A stretch of DNA of 64,000 bases, taken from assembly GCA_963662795.1 (NCBI GenBank), contig OY759746.1, positions 1,248,001-1,312,000 of the forward strand, in the 5' to 3' direction. The position numbers and the translations under genes are program-made. The notes below the pieces were generated by a model that did not search any database, was not told the DNA's origin, and saw only the letters and a program-made list of their open reading frames with translations. This DNA comes from Spirochaetia bacterium (GTDB lineage: Bacteria; Spirochaetota; Spirochaetia; CADAEX01). This document shows positions 57,512-64,000 of this stretch, piece after piece (within the stretch, counting starts at the first letter, position 1; each line of letters begins with the position of its first letter).

Positions 57512-58453
57512 TTATTTTATAAAAACAGGCACACCCTTGAGGAGATTTATCCAGTAATCAAGTCTCGGATCCAACCACAAATGACGTAGTCTGGAAAACT
57601 GAACGCCATACCATTCCATATAATCAAATTTAACATCAGAATGTAGAGACTGCTGAAGCGCCCAATAACCCCATTTAATATCAGCTACAATTTTATATAA
57701 TTTCATTCTGGCAAAACCTTTTTCATCCCATTCTCCATGGTAAAGTTTACACATTTCAACATCCATAGCTTCAGTAAGAAAATTTGATGTTGAAAAACAT
57801 CCAAGATCATTGTAAGGATCACTCATGGTTGCATATTCAAAATCAATTATTTTTAAATCAGCGCTTTTCTCATTATACATAATATTATTTGTCCATAAAT
57901 CATTATGTGAAGGACTCCAATTTATACCATCTTTGATAACAGCTTCTTCAATTGTATTCAGCAAAAAGATTATCCTGTCATACCATGGTGGTTGATATCC
58001 CATCTCATTAGCTCTTTTTATCATCAGTCTTGCCTGATCAAAAAGGGTTTGTTTTAAAGGAAGATCTGTTTCTCTATATGAATGAAATTTAGCTGTAGTA
58101 TTTACGATTTTTTTAAAAATCTTTTCATTGTAAACATCTCCAAATGTGAGCTGTCTGTATCCATCAAGCCATTCCCAGATTTCAACACCGGTATCATTAA
58201 AATATTTAAATACAGCAGGGCCTGCTCCCGTTTTCATAGCAATAATATTTGCCTCATGACAGTTGTCTCTGTCTATATAATTTTCGGTTCCGGCTCCTGG
58301 TATTTTTAAAAAATAACTTTTATTATCAGCTTTAATAATATAATTGGGATTAGTAATTCCATTTTCCACAGATTTAAATTCAACTTCACATTTTTTCCAT
58401 TCAAAAACCCGCTTAACAGCAGTTCCTACATCAGTTTTTAAAAGTTTTTTCAT
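57512..58453 (-). CDS. Choline/ethanolamine kinase-family phosphotransferase
   Basis: GITNPNY, LKIPGAGT, Brenner motif SHNDLWTNNIM, IIDFEYA; ATGA-coupled to the M20 gene. Confidence 0.88.
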   Translation of the reverse strand: MKKLLKTDVGTAVKRVFEWKKCEVEFKSVENGITNPNYIIKADNKSYFLKIPGAGTENYIDRDNCHEANIIAMKTGAGPAVFKYFNDTGVEIWEWLDGYRQLTFGDVYNEKIFKKIVNTTAKFHSYRETDLPLKQTLFDQARLMIKRANEMGYQPPWYDRIIFLLNTIEEAVIKDGINWSPSHNDLWTNNIMYNEKSADLKIIDFEYATMSDPYNDLGCFSTSNFLTEAMDVEMCKLYHGEWDEKGFARMKLYKIVADIKWGYWALQQSLHSDVKFDYMEWYGVQFSRLRHLWLDPRLDYWINLLKGVPVFIK

Positions 58454-59685
58454 GATTCTTCCATATTCATTACATTTTTTATAATTTCAACATATCCTCT
58501 AATTGTTTCAAGCATTTTATCAATATTAACCCGTTCCTTGGGTTTATGAATCCATTCCTCAGATGCACCTGAATATCCAATTGTTGGAATATTATGGATA
58601 CCACAGCTCATACTACCATCACATCCAGATTTCCAGTATTTCAAAGAAGGATTTTGACCTACCCTTTTTAATGCTTCAATAGTTTTTATAACAAAATAAT
58701 TTTCTTTTTTCATTATCCAGGGCGGATGATATTTTTTAATTCTTTTTTGATAGCCAGTATAAGTTGTTTCTTCAAAATATCGAGCTTCGACAGAAGCTTT
58801 AAAATCTCTGTCTTTTGATTTAATTTTATTAAAAAGTATTTCAAATTCTTCAATAAGTGATTCAATTGTTTCGTCAGGCATATACCTTCTATCTACGGAA
58901 ATTTCACACTCGTCAGGGATTACACTTAAAGAGCCAGGTTTTACTTTACAGTCCGTAACGGTTACAGTTCCATCTCCGAATAGGGGATCGGATTTCATAT
59001 TTTGCGGCATAGTCCTAAAAATATAATCAAGAACTGGAATCATCTTTTCCAGTGCATTAATTCCTGCTCCTGGATTAGATGAATGTGCCGTTTCCCCTTT
59101 TGTTGTAATCACAAGTTCTACTTTACCTCTCTGGCCTATTGCCAGATTACTGTCAGTTGGTTCTGCCAAGCACACAAAATCACATTTTAAATTATGTTCA
59201 GGAAGAGTTTTTTCTATCAGATATTCCATTCCTAACATTTCAGCTGATTCTTCATGTACAACTGCTGAAAAGATCAAATCTCCAGGAAGCTTAAGTCCTT
59301 TGTCAGTTAATTGTTTAAAATGGAGCATGACAAAAAAAAGGGCAGCTAAACCTCCTTTCATGTCAGAGGAACCTCTTCCGTAAAGATTCATTTCCTCATC
59401 AATTTCTGCTTCAAACGGTTTGTATGGAGACCATTCTTCAATATTTCCCGGTGGGACAGTGTCGAGATGTCCATTCAGCATTATATTTGGACCTTTTCCC
59501 TCTCCCTTTATTACAGCTATCAGGTTTCCGCATTTATCAATGAAGCAGTTATTTATTTGATTTTTAATAAAACTATTTTTTAATAAATCGGCAAGATCTT
59601 TTTCGTGTCCGGTAACGGATTGAGTTGTAATCAATTGTTTTAGAAAATCTATATAATCCTTTTCAATAATTTTATTATTCATCAT
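58450..59685 (-). CDS. M20A-family metallo-amidohydrolase (ArgE/DapE/YgeY-like)
   Basis: NGHLDTV, GRGSSDMKGG, VHEE, AEPT, TAHSS, IHKPKE; all metal ligands are present. Confidence 0.9.
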   Translation of the reverse strand: MMNNKIIEKDYIDFLKQLITTQSVTGHEKDLADLLKNSFIKNQINNCFIDKCGNLIAVIKGEGKGPNIMLNGHLDTVPPGNIEEWSPYKPFEAEIDEEMNLYGRGSSDMKGGLAALFFVMLHFKQLTDKGLKLPGDLIFSAVVHEESAEMLGMEYLIEKTLPEHNLKCDFVCLAEPTDSNLAIGQRGKVELVITTKGETAHSSNPGAGINALEKMIPVLDYIFRTMPQNMKSDPLFGDGTVTVTDCKVKPGSLSVIPDECEISVDRRYMPDETIESLIEEFEILFNKIKSKDRDFKASVEARYFEETTYTGYQKRIKKYHPPWIMKKENYFVIKTIEALKRVGQNPSLKYWKSGCDGSMSCGIHNIPTIGYSGASEEWIHKPKERVNIDKMLETIRGYVEIIKNVMNMEES

Positions 59686-59720
59686 TATTTCGTCTGTTTA
59701 TCCTTTAAGAATTAAAATCG

Positions 59721-59756
59721 TACAATCACAACCGGTTATTTCCGGTTGTGATTGTA
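59721..59756. repeat. Perfect 15-bp inverted repeat (intercistronic stem-loop)
   Basis: TACAATCACAACCGG-ttattt-CCGGTTGTGATTGTA. Confidence 0.9.
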
Positions 59757-59761
59757 AATGT

Positions 59762-60928
59762 TTAAGCACCAATAAATGACTTAATGAGAAATGCAATTCC
59801 AATACCAAGATAGTTACCGCAAGCTTCTCCAAATGCACCAAGAATGATTGCAACAGGCATTAGTGATGTCCAGCCCTGTGCTCCCGCAAGCATTGCGGTA
59901 GTCGGTCCGTCCCAGATAGCAGCTACAGAAGAAACGATATAATACTGCCATTCAATTTTAAATATTCTGCATAAAATAAGATGAAGTAAAACAGACCCTG
60001 CAACAACAGAAAAACAGAACAAAGCTATCATCGGTGCTGCATTGAGGACTTCTTTTATATTTAGCATGAATCCTATTACACATAGAAAGAAGAGACATAT
60101 ATAAAAACCAAGATCTACAGAACCTTTAAGTTTTTTAATTGGTTCAAATTGTGCCATAATTATTGAAACAGTTGTGATTAAAAGAATTCTTGTTGCACTT
60201 GCTATAAGATCGGAAAACTGACTGGTCACAAGTGTACATACCGAAACAATAGTAAATGCTGTTGCAAGGAGAATTGAAATGTCATGGATTGACCAGTCAA
60301 TGCTACTAAAAAGTTTTTCTTCATTTGGTGCGGCAAGCTGTTCAGAATTAAGAGAATAAGGCCAAAATTTCTGGAACCATTTCGCATTTCCGATTAGCCT
60401 TGGAAGAGCCATGAAAATAAGAATTGTAGGAAGGCCGATAGCATAATCAGCTGCATTACCAGCCACTATTGTATCAGGAGTTGCATTAAGACCTTGTGCA
60501 ATAGCTGTCAGATTCGGACTTCCTCCTGTGTAAGTTCCTATAAACATACCTGCAAGTTTCCATCCTTCTGTAATTTTCGGGGAAAAGAAAAGACCCATTG
60601 CAAGAGCTATCGTACAAATGCTGAAAATTCCTAAAATCATTGCGATCATTGGATTTTTTGCAACTTTAAGGAATTTTTTAACATCAATATGTAAAAGAAA
60701 CAGACAAAGGGAAACAGGCACTGCAAATTCAAAAATAAAGTTAAATGAATCAGACCACTTGGGCATAATTCCTAAATTTGATAAAATTGCTCCCATTATA
60801 ATAACTGTGATTACAGGTCCAAATGATCTGAATAATCTGAATTTCTGAAGATAAAAAGCAGATGCTATCATTATCATCATAACTGAAATAATCAATCCAA
60901 GACTGTCAGGAGAGATTAAACTTTCCAT
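59762..60928 (-). CDS. DUF819-family polytopic membrane protein (putative secondary transporter)
   Basis: GAILSNLGIMP, GTYTGGSPN, SSVAAIWDGPTTA, GNYLG; about 10-11 TM; GGAGG RBS. Confidence 0.82.
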   Translation of the reverse strand: MESLISPDSLGLIISVMMIMIASAFYLQKFRLFRSFGPVITVIIMGAILSNLGIMPKWSDSFNFIFEFAVPVSLCLFLLHIDVKKFLKVAKNPMIAMILGIFSICTIALAMGLFFSPKITEGWKLAGMFIGTYTGGSPNLTAIAQGLNATPDTIVAGNAADYAIGLPTILIFMALPRLIGNAKWFQKFWPYSLNSEQLAAPNEEKLFSSIDWSIHDISILLATAFTIVSVCTLVTSQFSDLIASATRILLITTVSIIMAQFEPIKKLKGSVDLGFYICLFFLCVIGFMLNIKEVLNAAPMIALFCFSVVAGSVLLHLILCRIFKIEWQYYIVSSVAAIWDGPTTAMLAGAQGWTSLMPVAIILGAFGEACGNYLGIGIAFLIKSFIGA

Positions 60929-60969
60929 TCATTTTCCTCCAAAATAGTTTATTGCCGGCCGGGCTTCAA

Positions 60970-61008
60970 ATGAAATGAAATTTCATTTGTTATGAAAGCT
61001 TGTTTCAT
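60970..61008. promoter_or_regulatory. Twin palindromic operators ATGAAA-N5-TTTCAT (probable RpiR sites)
   Basis: ATGAAAtgaaaTTTCAT (60970-60986) and ATGAAAgcttgTTTCAT (60992-61008), 22 bp apart. Confidence 0.75.
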
Positions 61009-61015
61009 GCAAAAA

Positions 61016-61043
61016 ATTATAACAGAGCATTTTGAGTTGTCAA
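61016..61043 (-). promoter_or_regulatory. Sigma70 promoter of the DUF819 operon
   Basis: TTGACA-N16-TATAAT with an extended -10 (TGtTATAAT). Confidence 0.8.
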
Positions 61044-61130
61044 GAATTTTTTAATCCCAAATCCCTCCATGGTGAGTTATTATTTATTTTTTTATTGCAA
61101 AAAAGCTTTTTTTCTTTTATTTTTTAATAA

Positions 61131-62012
61131 ATGAGTCAGGAAGAAATCTTTATAAACAACCTTTTTGTTAGAATTCAAAACCTTATGCCTTCTTTCAACA
61201 AAGCACAGTTTAAGGTTGCGGAATATTTTCTTAATAACCGGGAAGAGCTTAAGCATCTTAAAATAAAACAGCTTGCCCTTAACTGTGATGTTTCAGAAGC
61301 TACAATTACAAGATTTATCCGCAAAATTGGATTTAGCAGTTTTCAAAATTTTAAATATGCTATTATAAAAGTAGACTCATCTAGCAGGGAGAGCGTAGGA
61401 GGCGTTGATGATCTAGACAAACTCAATACTGAGGACCCTGTGGATAGTCTTATTTCCAGGGTTAAAAATGAATATATCTCGGATATACAGATGACTCTAA
61501 AAAATCTGGATACCAGAGAAATTCTAAATGCAATTGAAGCGATAAAATCTGCAAAAGGTATAAATTTCTTCTGTGTAGGAACATCCTGTATTGCTGCTAA
61601 AAACTCATACCTGCGCTTCTACAGAGCAGGTATAAAAACCTGTGTATATAATGATCCTGCAGAAATGGGTATTGCCGCATCTCTCTCAAAAAAGGGAGAT
61701 GTCGCAATAGGTCTAAGTTATTCAGGTAAAACTGAAGTAGTTAATATTGCAATGAGAATATCAAAAAAGAACGGGTCTACCACAATAGCAGTTACAGGGC
61801 CTGGACGATCTCCTTTAATAAAAATGGCTGATATAAAAATATCTTCACAGTATGAGGAGCTTGACGACTATCTTCTTACCTCCTACGCAAGACTTTCACA
61901 AATAATTATCATGGATATACTTTACACAGGTGTAGCTGAACAGAACTATGAAAAATCAGTCCAGTCAATTCAAAAGATCTCGAGTAACGCTATTGAAATA
62001 TTGCACCATTAA
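61131..62012 (+). CDS. MurR/RpiR-family transcriptional regulator (HTH + SIS)
   Basis: VSEATITRFIRKIGFSSF, CVGTS, GLSYSGKT, IAVTG, RLSQIIIMDILY. Confidence 0.93.
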   Translation: MSQEEIFINNLFVRIQNLMPSFNKAQFKVAEYFLNNREELKHLKIKQLALNCDVSEATITRFIRKIGFSSFQNFKYAIIKVDSSSRESVGGVDDLDKLNTEDPVDSLISRVKNEYISDIQMTLKNLDTREILNAIEAIKSAKGINFFCVGTSCIAAKNSYLRFYRAGIKTCVYNDPAEMGIAASLSKKGDVAIGLSYSGKTEVVNIAMRISKKNGSTTIAVTGPGRSPLIKMADIKISSQYEELDDYLLTSYARLSQIIIMDILYTGVAEQNYEKSVQSIQKISSNAIEILHH

Positions 62013-62421
62013 AGGATTTGAGCTGAAGAATAATATTTTAAAGCTTAGCAAGTAATTTATATAATCAAATTTGGGACAGAAATAAATACAGGAAGAAACA
62101 TTTATTTTTTTATAATTTTATTGCACCAATTGAACTCTCAAATTATTTAATAGGTATGCTATTTATTCTCGATCAGTTCAAAGTATCATTGTTATATTAT
62201 CTTTTATTTTGAGGGATTTTCATCCAGTTCTTTTTGAATCAAAAATAATTAGTTTGAATATCGAAAAAAAGATAAATTATTCAGAACATTAAAATCTGTT
62301 AATTTTTCACAAAAAAAACAATTATTTCTCCTGAAAGTAAATAATCAATTGAGGTGTAAGAGAATTCAATAAATATTATTATATTAGGGCATAAGAATAA
62401 AACGAACTGTTTAAACTGCCT

Positions 62422-64000
62422 TTAATAATTCCTGGCCAGGTTCGGATCTACCTTTTTAAGACTGCAGTAACGGAGAAGAAACTGGGCTGTTCTGCCGCCC
62501 TCGAAACGGACAAGAACTACAGGCTCATCTTTGTTCATCCATTTTTTAATGACTTCTCCGGCGCCGTAATCCCTGCTGTATACAATGTCGCCCTCATTTA
62601 TCAGAGATGCCCCGCCTGATACCGTATTTCCGAAACCTTTCAGGGTTACAAGATTTTCAGGAATTTCAGATAAAAATCTTGAAGGGGGAAAAGAGTTGAA
62701 CTTCCCCCATATCCTCCTGCTTCTGCAGCAGGTCATATAGAGCATTTTTCTTGCACGGGTAATGCTTACGTACAGTATCCGCCGCTCTTCCTCAAGGTCC
62801 TCAATATTTTCCATATTCCTGAAACCGGGAAAAAGTCCCTCTTCAAGCCCTGTAATAATGACCCGGTCAAACTCGAGCCCTTTTGTATTATGCATTGTAA
62901 TAAGGGTAACTCCGCCTTTGTTCTCCTGTGCGGGAGAGCTTCGGTCAAGCTCCGTATTTTCAATAAAATCTATAAGTCCTTCCATGGAGGAAGGGTAATC
63001 TGCGGCATGGTTTACAAGTTCTTCAATATTTAAAATCTTCTGGGAATCGCTGTTTCTGTCTATTTCGCGGTAATATTGGGCAAAACCTGTTACAAGGGCG
63101 CATTTTTTTACAAACTCGGAAAGGTTATCCTCAGGTCCGGCAGCCTCGTTAAAAGAAGATCTTACTCCATCCATAATCTGTGCAAAGGCAGCTGCCCCTT
63201 TTCCCGCTTTTCCGCTTAGGGTTTTTGATCCTTCCGAGCACGCCCTGAGAAGATCGCCTCCGAAATTCTGAATGGAAAGACTTACAATTTTTTCCACTCC
63301 GGTTTTTCCAAGCCCCCGCGGAGGCTTGTTGATAACCCGTCTGAATGCAACTTCATCCCTGGGGTTTATAAAAAGGGATATAACGGCAAGGATATCCTTG
63401 ACCTCTTCCCTCTCAAAAAACCTGAGTGCTCCTACCAGCCTGTAGGGGATTTTCATCTTTGAAAAAAGAGACTCAAAGGTAAGCGACTGGGCGTTTGTCC
63501 TGTAAAGGATTGCTGTATTGCCGTAGTTTCCGTCATTAAGCAGGGAGCAGCAGAATTCAGCTTCTTCCTGCTGCGTATTAAAAGCTGCGACAACGCTTTT
63601 TTCGCCTCCTGTTTTTTCTGTCCAGAGTTTCTTGCCGAGCCTGCCGGTATTGTTGGCAACAACTGCTGCGGCTATGTCAAGAATATTGGAAGTTGATCTG
63701 TAATTCTGCTCAAGCCTTATTATCCTTGTGTTTTTGAATGTCTCGGGAAAAGTAAGTATATTCCTGACTTCAGCTCCTCTGAACCGGTAAATCGACTGAT
63801 CATCATCGCCTACAACTGTAAGGTTCGTCCCGTCTCCTGAAAGCATCTTTAAAAGCTCAAACTGGGCGACATTGGAATCCTGATACTCGTCAACAAGTAT
63901 TGTGCTGAACATGCGGGTCAGCTTTTCACGCACAGTCAGGTTTTCGCTTAAAAGAATCCCGGGCTTTAATATAAGATCCCCGAAATCGGCGCATCCTGTT
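62422..64000 (-). CDS. PcrA/UvrD-family DNA helicase, 5'-truncated by the window edge
   Basis: LVDEYQD, VVGDDDQSIYRFRGA, LEQNYRST, TMHNTKGLEF, EERRILYVSITRA; the frame stays open to the window end. Confidence 0.93.
   Translation of the reverse strand, partial: TGCADFGDLILKPGILLSENLTVREKLTRMFSTILVDEYQDSNVAQFELLKMLSGDGTNLTVVGDDDQSIYRFRGAEVRNILTFPETFKNTRIIRLEQNYRSTSNILDIAAAVVANNTGRLGKKLWTEKTGGEKSVVAAFNTQQEEAEFCCSLLNDGNYGNTAILYRTNAQSLTFESLFSKMKIPYRLVGALRFFEREEVKDILAVISLFINPRDEVAFRRVINKPPRGLGKTGVEKIVSLSIQNFGGDLLRACSEGSKTLSGKAGKGAAAFAQIMDGVRSSFNEAAGPEDNLSEFVKKCALVTGFAQYYREIDRNSDSQKILNIEELVNHAADYPSSMEGLIDFIENTELDRSSPAQENKGGVTLITMHNTKGLEFDRVIITGLEEGLFPGFRNMENIEDLEEERRILYVSITRARKMLYMTCCRSRRIWGKFNSFPPSRFLSEIPENLVTLKGFGNTVSGGASLINEGDIVYSRDYGAGEVIKKWMNKDEPVVLVRFEGGRTAQFLLRYCSLKKVDPNLARNY

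Noticed and set aside
57512-58453. lic-type phosphorylcholine decoration locus
   Set aside because: No LicB, LicC or LicD nearby; the context (peptidases, RpiR) looks catabolic.
62013-62421. Decayed gene remnant or att site at the island border (also 56200-56500)
   Set aside because: AT-rich with short open stretches, but I could not identify a family, direct repeat, tRNA or integrase.

Overview
This is a bacterial chromosomal window, most likely from a free-living spirochaete (Spirochaetia). That assignment is an inference from the rplM-rpsI-recX order, the BMP-family lipoprotein and the style of the hypothetical proteins. From left to right it holds: the 3' part of a CheA-like kinase; an oadGAB Na+-pumping decarboxylase operon; a large K+-homeostasis region (three TrkH/KtrB, two TrkA/KtrA, and a KdpD/KdpE pair with no kdpABC) interrupted by pseudogenes (IS481 remnant, MutS-like fragment, frameshifted ZnuB-like permease); EndoQ and an aminotransferase; lnt; scattered nucleoside-salvage genes; a tandem cNMP-STAS protein; a patatin; hflX; a glycogen cluster; rplM-rpsI-recX; an AT-rich catabolic island; and the 3' part of a PcrA/UvrD helicase. 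There are three best candidates for undescribed biology. (1) An AT-rich RpiR-controlled operon (DUF819 transporter, M20 amidohydrolase, choline/ethanolamine-type kinase, iminopeptidase) with a visible consensus promoter and twin ATGAAA-N5-TTTCAT operators. (2) A glycogen cluster that appears to carry a eukaryote-type indirect debranching enzyme as two separate genes. (3) A shortened KdpD/KdpE embedded in a Ktr operon, close to a KtrB with a voltage-sensor-like N-terminus. No rRNA, tRNA or CRISPR array was seen. All family assignments come from motif recognition, not database searches.
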